Assembly (NCBI GenBank): GCA_039715165.1
Contig: JBDLHX010000003.1
Location: 1-55,782 of the forward strand
Length of the DNA stretch: 55,782 nucleotides
Origin: Actinomycetota bacterium
GTDB taxonomy: Bacteria > Actinomycetota > Acidimicrobiia > Spongiisociales > UBA5794
Direction of reading: 5' to 3'
Shown here: positions 22,715 through 32,134 of the stretch, one piece after another
Layout: every line of letters begins with the position of its first letter
How positions within the stretch are numbered: the first letter of the stretch is position 1
The notes under the pieces: model-generated
The model's database searches: none
What the model was told of the DNA's origin: nothing
Seen by the model: only the letters and a program-made list of their open reading frames with translations
Translations under genes and position numbers: made by a program

Positions 22715-23806
22715 GTGCCGGAACCATTGCCGTCCTTGGACGAACTGTTGCAGAGGCTCACCGCCGTCGGCGGATCGGACCTGCACCTCAAGGTCGGTTC
22801 TCCTCCGGCATTCCGCATCGATGGGGTCGTCCATCGCTCCGACCTCGCCTCGGTCATACCGGCGGACACGGTGCGCTACTTCGACGAGATCGTCACCGAC
22901 CGGGCACGCGGCACCCTTGAAGAGCACGGTGAGGCGGACTTCGCGATAGGTCGCGCGAACCTCGGGCGGTTCCGGGTCTCGGCCTTCCGTCAAAGAGGAT
23001 CGCTGACGCTCGTCATTCGGATCGTCCAGACCGTCGACGGTGGCTTCGACGCCCTCGGTCTCCCCAACACCGTCGAGCGGCTCGCAGGTGACAAGCCCGG
23101 TTTGCTGTTGATCACCGGACCGGCCGGCTCAGGACGGACGACGACGGCGGCCGCCGTGGTCGAGCACATCAACAAGACCCGGAAAAGCAGCATCGTCACG
23201 ATCGAAGACCCGATCGAGAATCTGTTTCCAGACGACCAGGCACTCATCTCTCAGCGAGAGGTTGGTCTCGACACTGCCTCGTTTGCGTCCGGTGTTCGAG
23301 CGGCGATGCGCAACGACACGGACGTGATCTTTGTTGGAGCGCTCCCGGATCAGGAGACCGTCGCAGAGGTACTCCGGGCCGGGGAGACCGGCCACCTCGT
23401 CATCGGGATTCTCCCGACCTTTGACGGGCTCGAGACGATCAACCGAATCGTCGAGTCGTTCGAGCCGTATCAGCGCACGCAGATCAGGCAGATCCTCGCG
23501 ACCACGCTCAAGGGGATCGTCAGCCAGCAGCTTCTCCCCAGGGCCGACGGTACGGGACGCGTCGCTGCCGTGGAGGTGCTCGTCAACACAGAGCGCGTCT
23601 CGGAGAAGCTCAAGGACGAAGAGCTCACGCCGACGATCGCGATCGACATCGCAGAAGGGGAGTTCTTCGGGATGCGGTCGTACGACCAGGCCATCCTCGG
23701 GTTGTACTCCCGGGGGCTTGTGAACTTCGATGACGCCCTCTCGCACGCAACGTCGACGACGGACTTCAAGGTTGCTGCCCATACCAGCGGCTTGATGACG
23801 GCATAG
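22715..23806 (+). CDS. PilT/PilU family protein with degenerate ATPase motifs
   Basis: SDLHLKVG.PP, RFRVSAFRQRG, TIEDPIE, QREVG.D; Walker A GSGRT, Walker B VGA. Confidence 0.88.
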   Translation: MPEPLPSLDELLQRLTAVGGSDLHLKVGSPPAFRIDGVVHRSDLASVIPADTVRYFDEIVTDRARGTLEEHGEADFAIGRANLGRFRVSAFRQRGSLTLVIRIVQTVDGGFDALGLPNTVERLAGDKPGLLLITGPAGSGRTTTAAAVVEHINKTRKSSIVTIEDPIENLFPDDQALISQREVGLDTASFASGVRAAMRNDTDVIFVGALPDQETVAEVLRAGETGHLVIGILPTFDGLETINRIVESFEPYQRTQIRQILATTLKGIVSQQLLPRADGTGRVAAVEVLVNTERVSEKLKDEELTPTIAIDIAEGEFFGMRSYDQAILGLYSRGLVNFDDALSHATSTTDFKVAAHTSGLMTA

Positions 23807-23810
23807 CCCC

Positions 23811-23873
23811 GAGCCAACAGCCAACAGCCAACAGCGGGCGACGAAGAGCGGTTGTGGGCTGTCGACTGTCGAC
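23811..23873. repeat. Heptamer tandem repeats
   Basis: (gccaaca)3, then a roughly inverted block (ctgtcga)2. Confidence 0.75.
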
Positions 23874-23925
23874 CTCCGCAACCCACCAACAGTTCCGCTC
23901 CGTCGGTCGGTACGCTGCTGTCCGC

Positions 23926-24504
23926 ATGCCCGATTTCACTTGCAACACCTGCGGTAGGAACTTCTCGTTGCCGCAGCACGTCCTCGATCGGTATCCGGGG
24001 TGGGCCCCGAAGCAATGCCGTTCCTGCCGCGACTCCAATACGTCGACATCCTCGCCGACCGCTTCCGCCGACGATCCGCAGACCGGCGTGTTCACCGACG
24101 GCGGCTGCACGCCGAATCCCGGACCCGGTGGCTGGGGGGCCGTGTACGTCGTCGACGGGGAGATCATCGAAGAGGCCTTCGGCCACGACCCGGACACGAC
24201 GAACAACCGCATGGAACTGACGGCCCTCATCGAAGGAGCGAGGCTCGTTCCGGACGACACGCCGGTGACCGTCTACTCCGATTCGAATCTCGCGGTGAGG
24301 ACGATCAACGAGTGGGCCGCCGGCTGGGAGAAGCGCGGATGGAAGCGCAAGACCGGTCCTGTTGAGAATCTCGACCTCGTTCGCCGCTCATTCACGATCT
24401 ACAGGAAGCGTCCAGAACTCGAACTGCAGTGGATCAAGGCACACGTCGGCCACACGTGGAATGAGTACGCGGATCGATTGGCCAATCGCTGGAGGGAATC
24501 GTGA
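23926..24504 (+). CDS. rnhA: Ribonuclease HI with N-terminal zinc-ribbon
   Basis: FTDGG..NPGPGGWG, TNNRMEL, YSDS, WIKAH.G...NE.AD; N-terminal CNTC...CRSC. Confidence 0.92.
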   Translation: MPDFTCNTCGRNFSLPQHVLDRYPGWAPKQCRSCRDSNTSTSSPTASADDPQTGVFTDGGCTPNPGPGGWGAVYVVDGEIIEEAFGHDPDTTNNRMELTALIEGARLVPDDTPVTVYSDSNLAVRTINEWAAGWEKRGWKRKTGPVENLDLVRRSFTIYRKRPELELQWIKAHVGHTWNEYADRLANRWRES

Positions 24505-25892
24505 TCCCTCCCCGCCTTCAGAGCCTGCTCGCACCCGGGACTCCGGCGAGGGAGCTCGCCGAACGCTTCGCCGAGGCCGATCACGATCTCTACCTCGTTG
24601 GGGGGAGCGTCCGGGACGCCCTCCTCGACCGGTCCAATGCCGATCTCGACTTCACGACCGGCGCTCGACCGGAGGAGATCGAAGAGATCGTCGCTCCGTG
24701 GGCCGCCGACCTCTACCTCGCGGGGAAGACATACGGCACGATCGGGGCGATCCGTGAGGGGCGCGTCCACGAGATCACCACCTTCCGTTCGGAGATCTAC
24801 CGCGACGAGAGCAGAAAGCCCGAAGTCACCTACTCGGACAACATCGACGAAGACCTCTCGCGACGGGACTTCACGGTGAATGCCATGGCGATCAGGGTTC
24901 CGGTCTCCGACGATGACCGACCGGAGATGGTGGATCCCAACGGCGGACTCGTCGACCTGCACCAGGGCGTGCTGCGGACGCCGCTCGAACCCGACATCTC
25001 ATTCGGTGACGACCCGCTCCGAATGCTCCGCCTCTTCCGCTTCGTCGCCCGTCTCGGATTCGCCCCCGACGAACAGGCCATCGACGCAGTCCGGCGGATG
25101 AGGAGACGGCTCGAGATCGTCTCGGCCGAGCGGATCAAGGGCGAGCTCGATCGCCTCATGATCGGGGACCACATCGGCCCAGCGCTGTGGGGGCTCGTAG
25201 AGACGGGGCTTGCCGACGAATTCATCCCAGAGCTTCCGGCGCTGGCCCTCGAGACGGACCCACTCCACCACCACAAGGACGTGCTCGCCCACACGATCGC
25301 AGTCGTCGAGAAGACGTCGTCGCGTCTCGAACTTCGGCTCGCGGCGCTCTTTCACGACATCGGGAAGCCCGCTACGCGGGAGTTCGGGCCTGGCGGAGTG
25401 TCGTTCCACCACCACGAGGTCGTCGGAGCCCGTATGACGAGGCGCCGCATGAAGGAACTTCGCTACTCGAAGAAGACAACCGAGGACGTTGCGCGCCTCG
25501 TGTTCCTCCACATGCGTCCCCACACTTACAAGATGGGCTGGACCGATTCGGCCGTACGCCGCTACGTCCGGGATGCCGGAGCGCAGCTCGTTGATCTCAA
25601 CGAACTCGTCCGGTGCGACGTGACGACGAGGAACAGGCGTCGCGAACGAACGATTGCGCGACGCATTGATGAGTTGGAGGAGCGCATCGACGAGCTCCGC
25701 AAGCAGGAGGAGCTCGACTCCATTCGCCCGCCGATCGACGGGAACCAGGTGATGCAACACCTCGGCCTCGATCCCGGTCCGGAGGTCGGTCGGGCCATGA
25801 GGATGCTGTACGAACGCAGGATCGAGGACGGCCCGTACAGCGAGGAGAAGGCGTTTGAGATGCTCGATGCTTGGGCGGAGGAGAACGCCTGA
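24501..25892 (+). CDS. cca: CCA tRNA nucleotidyltransferase with HD domain
   Basis: LVGGSVRD, DLDFTT, RRDFTVNAMA, DDPLRMLR, FHDIGKP. Confidence 0.93.
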   Translation: MIPPRLQSLLAPGTPARELAERFAEADHDLYLVGGSVRDALLDRSNADLDFTTGARPEEIEEIVAPWAADLYLAGKTYGTIGAIREGRVHEITTFRSEIYRDESRKPEVTYSDNIDEDLSRRDFTVNAMAIRVPVSDDDRPEMVDPNGGLVDLHQGVLRTPLEPDISFGDDPLRMLRLFRFVARLGFAPDEQAIDAVRRMRRRLEIVSAERIKGELDRLMIGDHIGPALWGLVETGLADEFIPELPALALETDPLHHHKDVLAHTIAVVEKTSSRLELRLAALFHDIGKPATREFGPGGVSFHHHEVVGARMTRRRMKELRYSKKTTEDVARLVFLHMRPHTYKMGWTDSAVRRYVRDAGAQLVDLNELVRCDVTTRNRRRERTIARRIDELEERIDELRKQEELDSIRPPIDGNQVMQHLGLDPGPEVGRAMRMLYERRIEDGPYSEEKAFEMLDAWAEENA

Positions 25893-25924
25893 CACGGTGC
25901 CGCTTCGCACGCGATACTCGGAGC

Positions 25925-26488
25925 ATGAAGGCGAAGCTATCGATTGTCGCTGTTTTGGCGCTGGTGGCTGCCGCCTGTAGCAGCGGAGGGTCGTCGACGA
26001 CGGAACCGTCCACGACGACGACCCCATCGACGACCACGACTGAAGGAGCTTCGATGGAGCTGACGTCCCCAGCGTTCGAGCACGAGACGGCCATCCCGTC
26101 CCGGTACGCCTGCGATGGTGAGAACGTCTCGCCGGAGTTGGCAATCGCCGGAACTCCGCAGGGAGCTGCGACCCTCGTGCTGATCATGGACGATCCCGAC
26201 GCCCCCGCTGGTACCTGGGACCATTGGGTGGCGTACGACATCGAACCGACCGAGACGATCCCGGAAGATGTCGGCGAACTGGGGACTGCCGGCCTCAACT
26301 CGTGGAAGAAGACCGGCTACGGCGGTCCGTGCCCGCCGTCGGGGACCCATCGGTACTTCTTCAAGGTTCTCGCCCTGGACGCTGCGCTCGGGCTCGGCGA
26401 AGGAGCGACGAAGCACGAGGTGCTTGCAGCCGTCGAAGGGCACATCGTCGACGAGGCCGTTCTGATGGGGACGTACGCGGCGGAGTAG
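25925..26488 (+). CDS. YbhB/YbcL (PEBP family) lipoprotein
   Basis: Lipobox VAAAC; DDPDAP..TWDHW, GYGGPCPP..HRY. Confidence 0.92.
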   Translation: MKAKLSIVAVLALVAAACSSGGSSTTEPSTTTTPSTTTTEGASMELTSPAFEHETAIPSRYACDGENVSPELAIAGTPQGAATLVLIMDDPDAPAGTWDHWVAYDIEPTETIPEDVGELGTAGLNSWKKTGYGGPCPPSGTHRYFFKVLALDAALGLGEGATKHEVLAAVEGHIVDEAVLMGTYAAE

Positions 26489-26526
26489 TCGATTGCCTGT
26501 ACCGCCATCGTCCCTTCCTCTCCCGC

Positions 26527-26881
26527 GAAGCCTCAATCCACGGTTTCTCGGGCGGGAACGCACACCTCCCCACAACGCATGTCCCCCCGCCGGCACGGTG
26601 GGGGGACGCGCCCGAGCCGACAGGCTCGGGCGCAGGGGGGACGGTTCCACTTGTAGGCGACGCCTACCACAGCGCTCCCTGCCCACATCACACCCCCGAA
26701 TCCTGCACCGCCCCCCTTTGGCCTACCGGCCATCTCCCCGGTCCATACAGTTCCGGCGGGGGAGAATGCACAACAGCGCCGTTCACACCTTCACCGAATT
26801 CGTGAAGAGCCGTACCCGCAAAGAACACAGTCGTGCCAACGCATCCGGCCCATACACAGACGACAAACCGCGGATCCAGGC
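26527..26881 (+). repeat. Composite MITE/REPIN-like element, copy A
   Basis: Imperfect terminal IRs (cctcaatccacggttt / aaaccgcggatccagg), two inverted REP-like double hairpins, internal ttcaccgaattcgtgaa; homologous to 28202-28545 and 55113-55422. Confidence 0.8.
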
Positions 26882-26907
26882 GTCGGCCGGGGGGACAGTT
26901 CTGATGG

Positions 26908-28098
26908 CTAGCCGTAGGTCAGTTCCCGATCCTTCGACGGTGGCGTGTCTCCGGTTCCTGTGAGGCGTCCGAGCGCGTCGAGGCCGGGGCCGGCTGTGAG
27001 CCACAGCAGCCCGGTGATCGCGACCGCCGAGGTCAAGCACCACATGCAGGTCGCCCCGATGACGAACGGCTCGAGGAACGTCAGGTAGATCGAGAAGAGG
27101 ATGCCGCCCAACGCAATCGCCGCGGCGACGACCGATCCCCAGTCGGCGATGCGCCCCTTCGCAGCCCTGGACGCTGCCCATCCGCCGAGAAGGATGAGGT
27201 ATCCGATCACTCCGAGCACGCCGACCGGGATGCCGAAGACAGATGCATACTCGCTCTGCTGGACGGCGTTGCAGTCGCCGACGGGGCCGCACACGGCCTC
27301 CGCCCCGCTCGCTTCGACGCTCGCGAGATAGATCGACACACCAATACCGACAAGGGCGAGCACCGGCACGAGCCACGACGGCCCTGCAAGGAGCGCGCCG
27401 CGCCCGGCGAGGAGGGCGATCCCAAAGAGGCTCGCCACCATCGCCACGAGCACAACGATCGCGAGTCCATTGCCGACCGGGTCGTTCGAGATTCGGTCCC
27501 AGACCGACTGGTCGTTGGTTGACGGGAGCGTCCCCGTGGCGTCGCCTGTGTCCGACCCGTTGCCGGGGTCGACGGGCACATCGGCGCCCGGGATCGATGC
27601 GAGAGCGTCCTCGAGACCGGGGACGTCGGGCCAAGCGACGCCGCCGGCTGCAATCCCATCCTCGATGAGGAGGGGGAGTTCTGTGGGAATCTCTTGGGAG
27701 CCGACGAAGAAGTCGTCCGCGACGTCGAGGCGGGGTACGCCCATGCGCCCGTCCGGTATCTCGAGCCGCGCTACGTCCGCCGTGTACATCTCAGCGCCGG
27801 CGTCGATCGAGACGTCCACGAGGAGTATTTCGAGCGTGCCGTTCGTCATCTCGTAGAACGCGACGTCGCTCGGGGGGAGGGACTCGTCGTAGCGGAGCTC
27901 CGGCTCCCCGCCGTATTCGTTGAAGATCCCGGGGAGATGATCGTTGATGACCATCTCACAGTGCGGGCAGGTCGGGGAGAAGAACATCACCGCCTGAAGG
28001 GCCGGAGCGTCATCGTCGGTCGACTGAGCGCCGGCCGGGACCGCGACGGCCAGCATTGCAGTGAGCGTGAGGAGGAGGAGCAGGATTCGCGACTTCAT
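26908..28098 (-). CDS. Thioredoxin-like (CPHC)-VKOR fusion protein
   Basis: Signal peptide, SPTCPHC, GVP; VKOR loop CGPVGDC..V..S.Y and CMWC. Confidence 0.9.
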   Translation of the reverse strand: MKSRILLLLLTLTAMLAVAVPAGAQSTDDDAPALQAVMFFSPTCPHCEMVINDHLPGIFNEYGGEPELRYDESLPPSDVAFYEMTNGTLEILLVDVSIDAGAEMYTADVARLEIPDGRMGVPRLDVADDFFVGSQEIPTELPLLIEDGIAAGGVAWPDVPGLEDALASIPGADVPVDPGNGSDTGDATGTLPSTNDQSVWDRISNDPVGNGLAIVVLVAMVASLFGIALLAGRGALLAGPSWLVPVLALVGIGVSIYLASVEASGAEAVCGPVGDCNAVQQSEYASVFGIPVGVLGVIGYLILLGGWAASRAAKGRIADWGSVVAAAIALGGILFSIYLTFLEPFVIGATCMWCLTSAVAITGLLWLTAGPGLDALGRLTGTGDTPPSKDRELTYG

Positions 28099-28201
28099 GA
28101 GCACATAGCCTGGTGCGATCTGGGGCTTACCGTTAGGGCCGGAAGGCGGAACGGGTGACAGGCCACAGGTGACGACATAGGGGGCCACCTTCCCCACGGC
28201 A

Positions 28202-28545
28202 GCCTGGATCTGCGGTGTGTCGGTGCGTCGATCGGTCGTACTCCCGGCTGTGAGGTGTCTTCGTGGTGTTGTGGCCGGTCACGGATTGGGTGAGGGTGTG
28301 AACGGCGCTTGTGTGCATTCTCTCCCGCCGGAACGGTGGGGGAGATGGCCGGTAGGCCAGAGGGGGGCGGTGCAGGATTGGGGGAACTCGATGTGGGACA
28401 GGATCCGTTGTGGTGCGCGTCGCTCGCAGGTGGAACCGTCCCCCCTGCGCCCGAGCATCAGCTCGGGCGCGTCCCCCCGTCCCTTCGGTCCGGGGGGACA
28501 TGCGTTGTGGGGAGGTCTACCGCGTTGCCGAGAATCGACAGGCTT
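28202..28545 (-). repeat. Composite MITE/REPIN-like element, copy B (inverted relative to A)
   Basis: Reverse complement aligns colinearly with 26560-26881, e.g. acctccccacaacgcatgtcccccc, aatcctgcaccgcccccct, ggcctaccggccatctcccc. Confidence 0.85.
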
Positions 28546-28572
28546 GCAGTATGGCCTGCATATGCGTATATT
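28544..28572 (+). promoter_or_regulatory. Putative arg operon promoter with ARG-box-like half sites
   Basis: TTGCAG-N17-TATATT upstream of argC; overlapping TGCATA half site. Confidence 0.5.
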
Positions 28573-28596
28573 CCCGTCTTCCTCGAAGGACAACCC

Positions 28597-29628
28597 GTGA
28601 CTCGATCCATTGCCATCTTCGGTTCATCCGGCTACGCCGGAGGTGAACTCATACGCCTCGTCGATGGGCATCCCGCCCTCGATGTCGCGTACCTCGGCGC
28701 GCACAGCGCTGCAGGGTCGAGGCTCGGATCGGTGCATCCCCATCTCTCCGGCGGCGACCGGGTTCTCGGATCAATCGATCCGGCGGACGCTCCCGACGTA
28801 GACCTTGCATTCCTGGCTCTGCCGCACGGTGCCTCTGCCGAGCCGGCGATGGCCCTGCTCGACAGGGGTATCCCCGTTGTTGATCTCGGTAGCGACTTCC
28901 GGCTCGACACGGCCGAGAGATACGAAGCGGCGTACGGGGCTGAACATCCATTTCCAGAGGAGCTCGGCCGATGGGTCTACGGGCTCCCGGAGATGAAGCG
29001 AGACGAGATCGCCGCGTCCGATCGTGTCGCGTCGCCCGGCTGCTACCCGACCTCCGCGATCCTTCCGCTCGCGCCCGTCCTCGCCGCTGGGCTCGTCGAG
29101 GCGCAGGGCATCGTGGTCGACTCCATGTCCGGTGTCTCCGGCGCCGGCCGGGGGATGCGCGGCGACCTGCACTTCGGAGCCATCGACGAGTCGGCGAAGG
29201 CATACAAGGTGCTCGAGCATCGGCACCAGCCGGAGATGGAGAGAGCTCTCGACCTCGTCTCGGCTGATCCCGTGCAGATCGTGTTCACGCCGCACCTCGT
29301 CCCAATGCAGCGCGGCATCCTCACGACGACCTATGCAAACGCCGCACCGGGAACGACCGTCGGTCACCTCAACGACGCGCTCCTCGATGCATACGACGGC
29401 AGCCCGTTTGTCTCGCTCATCGAAGGATCTCCCGAGACGAGGTGGGTCGTCGGATCCAATCGGGCGCTCATTTCGGTAGCGCTCGACGAGCGGAGCGGAA
29501 CAGCCGTCCTCATCTCGGCCATCGACAACCTCGTGAAAGGCGCAGCGGGTCAGGCTGTGCAGGGTGCGAATCTCATGCTCGGCCTCGACGAAGCGACGGG
29601 GCTGCCGATGGAAGGGTGGATGCCGTGA
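28597..29628 (+). CDS. argC: N-acetyl-gamma-glutamyl-phosphate reductase
   Basis: GSSGYAG, PGCYPT, SGVSGAG, IDNLVKGAAGQA. Confidence 0.97.
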   Translation: MTRSIAIFGSSGYAGGELIRLVDGHPALDVAYLGAHSAAGSRLGSVHPHLSGGDRVLGSIDPADAPDVDLAFLALPHGASAEPAMALLDRGIPVVDLGSDFRLDTAERYEAAYGAEHPFPEELGRWVYGLPEMKRDEIAASDRVASPGCYPTSAILPLAPVLAAGLVEAQGIVVDSMSGVSGAGRGMRGDLHFGAIDESAKAYKVLEHRHQPEMERALDLVSADPVQIVFTPHLVPMQRGILTTTYANAAPGTTVGHLNDALLDAYDGSPFVSLIEGSPETRWVVGSNRALISVALDERSGTAVLISAIDNLVKGAAGQAVQGANLMLGLDEATGLPMEGWMP

Positions 29629-30785
29629 GCGTCGTTGCCCCGAGCGGGTTCACCGCAGCCGGGGTCTCTGCCGGCATCAAGACAGGCGGTGCGCTCGATC
29701 TTGCGATCGTCGCCGCCGACGAGCCGATCGCGGCCGCAGCGGTGTTCACGACGAACATGGCCGCGGCGGCGCCGGTGAAGCTCTCGAGACGCAACCTCAA
29801 GGCTTCCCCAACGGCGAGAGCAGTCGTTCTCAACTCAGGCTGCGCAAACGCCGCCACCGGCGAGCGCGGCCGCGCCGTCGCAGAGCTCACCGTCAACCGG
29901 ACCGCCGAGCTCCTCGGATGCGCACCTGAGGACGTGCTGGTCTGCTCGACCGGCACGATCGGAACCCACCTCCCGCCCGAAGCGATGAGCTCCGGCGTCG
30001 AGGAAGCGGTTGAGACACTCGGAGAACAAGACACAGACGGCAACGCTGCCGCATGGGCGATCCTCACGACCGACACTGCGCCGAAGGAAGTCGTCGTCAG
30101 GGCTGAGGGGTTCACCGTCGGCGGCATGGCGAAGGGCGCCGGCATGATCAGGCCCGACATGGCGACGATGCTCGTCGTGCTCACAACCGACGCGCTCGTC
30201 TCGGCGGACGTCCTCGACGAGGCGTTGCGGATCGCCGTCGATCACTCGTTCCACGCGCTCAACGTGGACGGCTGCCCCTCGACGAACGACACGGTCATCG
30301 CCCTTGCCTCGGGCAAGTCCGGGTTCTCACCGGAGCCGGAGGACCTCGCAGCAGCGCTCACCGGCGCCTCCGTCGGTCTCGCAAGGCGCATCGCAGCCGA
30401 CGCGGAAGGCGCGTCACGTGTCGTGACGATCGTCGTCACCGGGGCAACCGGCGACGCGGCAGCTCGGAGCATGGGACGGAGCATCGCCGACTCCGTACTC
30501 GTGCGGTCCTCGTTCTACGGGGCCGACCCGAACTGGGGGAGGATCGTGGGCGCCCTCGGCGAGGTCGACGAGGAGGTCGATTTCGACGATCTCTCCATCG
30601 CCTTCGCCGGGACGACCGTGGTACGCAAGGGCGTCGGCATCCCGATCGACGAAGACGGTGTGAGCGACGCGATGTCGGGTGACTTCGGCGTGACGGTGAG
30701 CGTCGGCAGCGGTCCGGGGACGGCCCGAGTGTTCACCACCGACCTCACCCCGGACTATGTGCGATTCAACTCGGAGCGATCATGA
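29625..30785 (+). CDS. argJ: Bifunctional ornithine acetyltransferase
   Basis: NSGCANAATG, KGAGMIRPDMATML, STNDT, DPNWGRI. Confidence 0.97.
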   Translation: MSVVAPSGFTAAGVSAGIKTGGALDLAIVAADEPIAAAAVFTTNMAAAAPVKLSRRNLKASPTARAVVLNSGCANAATGERGRAVAELTVNRTAELLGCAPEDVLVCSTGTIGTHLPPEAMSSGVEEAVETLGEQDTDGNAAAWAILTTDTAPKEVVVRAEGFTVGGMAKGAGMIRPDMATMLVVLTTDALVSADVLDEALRIAVDHSFHALNVDGCPSTNDTVIALASGKSGFSPEPEDLAAALTGASVGLARRIAADAEGASRVVTIVVTGATGDAAARSMGRSIADSVLVRSSFYGADPNWGRIVGALGEVDEEVDFDDLSIAFAGTTVVRKGVGIPIDEDGVSDAMSGDFGVTVSVGSGPGTARVFTTDLTPDYVRFNSERS

Positions 30786-31687
30786 CCACAGGGCACAGCG
30801 CCCCCGATCGGGGCAAGTCGAAGATCGCCAGGACGATGGGGAAGGCCCGGATCTTCTCCGAGTCGATGCCGTTCATCAAGGAGTTCCGCGACACGACCGT
30901 CGTCATCAAGTACGGCGGCTCGGCAATGGTCGACGACGGCCTGCGGAACACCTTCGCCGACGACGTCGCGATGCTCCACTACGTCGGCATCAATCCGGTC
31001 ATCGTCCATGGCGGCGGGCCCCGCATCAGCGAGGCGATGCATCAGCGCGGGGTGGAGCCGCAATGGGTCGAAGGGCTACGGGTCACCGACGCCGAGACAA
31101 TTCGTGTCGTGCAGTCAACCCTCGCGGGTGAAATCAACCCGGACATCGTCCGGCTCATCAACGCGCACGGCTGCGTCGCGGCCGGTGTGAACGGACTTGA
31201 CGGGAACCTCTTCGTTGCGAAGGCGAAGGACGAGCGGCTCGGCTTCGTCGGCCAGATCACCGAGGTGAATCCGGGACTCGTCGTCGGTCTCCAGGGGCAA
31301 GGTTTTGTGCCCGTCATCGCTCCGCTTGCGCGCGGCGTGGACGGTCATGTCTACAACGTGAACGCCGACACGGCGGCAGGCGTGCTCGCAGCCTCCATCG
31401 GGGCGAAGAAGCTCGTCTTTCTCACGGACGTCGAGGGCCTCTACCGGATCTTCGGGAAGGAAGACTCCCTCATCTCCCGATCGACAGAGGACGGCATCAA
31501 GGAGTTGCTCGATTCGGGGACGGTCTCCGCCGGGATGCTCCCGAAGCTCACGGCCACGGTGCGTGCGATCGACGACGGCGTCGAGCGGGTCCACATCCTC
31601 GACGGGCGGATCCAGCATGCGGTCCTCCTCGAGGTCTTCACGCCGGAGGGCATCGGCACGATGGTCACGAAGGAGCCGGTTCCGTGA
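30782..31687 (+). CDS. argB: Acetylglutamate kinase
   Basis: VIKYGGSAM, VHGGGP, GLRVTD, NVNADTAA. Confidence 0.97.
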   Translation: MTTGHSAPDRGKSKIARTMGKARIFSESMPFIKEFRDTTVVIKYGGSAMVDDGLRNTFADDVAMLHYVGINPVIVHGGGPRISEAMHQRGVEPQWVEGLRVTDAETIRVVQSTLAGEINPDIVRLINAHGCVAAGVNGLDGNLFVAKAKDERLGFVGQITEVNPGLVVGLQGQGFVPVIAPLARGVDGHVYNVNADTAAGVLAASIGAKKLVFLTDVEGLYRIFGKEDSLISRSTEDGIKELLDSGTVSAGMLPKLTATVRAIDDGVERVHILDGRIQHAVLLEVFTPEGIGTMVTKEPVP

Positions 31688-32133
31688 GCCGGACTCAGGC
31701 CCGCCGGCGGCTCGTGACGAGGCTCGTGACGACCGAGGCCATCGAGAGCCAGGCGCAGCTTTCCCGGCTCCTCGCCCACGCCGGCTTCGAGGTCACCCAG
31801 GCGACGATCTCGCGGGACCTCGAGGCGGTCGGGGCGGCGAAGGTGAGAGGCGAGGACTCGGTGCGATACCGGATCCAGGCGCCTGAAGAGATCCGCAGGG
31901 CGCGTTCGGCGCTGTCCTCAGTCGTCAACGAGTTCGTCGAGTCGGTAACGACAACGGGTCCGCTCGTCGTGCTCCGGGTGCCTCCGGGGGCGGCGCATCT
32001 CGTTGCGGGGAGAATTGACGGAGCCGGGATGGGCGGCGTGCTCGGCACGGTGGCCGGCGACGACACGGTGTTTGTCGCTGTGGATGAGAGAGTCGGAGTT
32101 GCGGTGGTGGCTGCAGAGATCGAAGGAGCATGA
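31684..32133 (+). CDS. argR: Arginine repressor
   Basis: [18 protein letters not shown]. Confidence 0.96.
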   Translation: MSRTQARRRLVTRLVTTEAIESQAQLSRLLAHAGFEVTQATISRDLEAVGAAKVRGEDSVRYRIQAPEEIRRARSALSSVVNEFVESVTTTGPLVVLRVPPGAAHLVAGRIDGAGMGGVLGTVAGDDTVFVAVDERVGVAVVAAEIEGA

Positions 32134-32134
32134 A

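Noticed and set aside
26527-28545. Possible CRISPR array or integron attC cassette
   Set aside because: No regularly spaced identical repeats with unique spacers, no RYYYAAC/GTTRRRY ends, and no cas or integrase gene.
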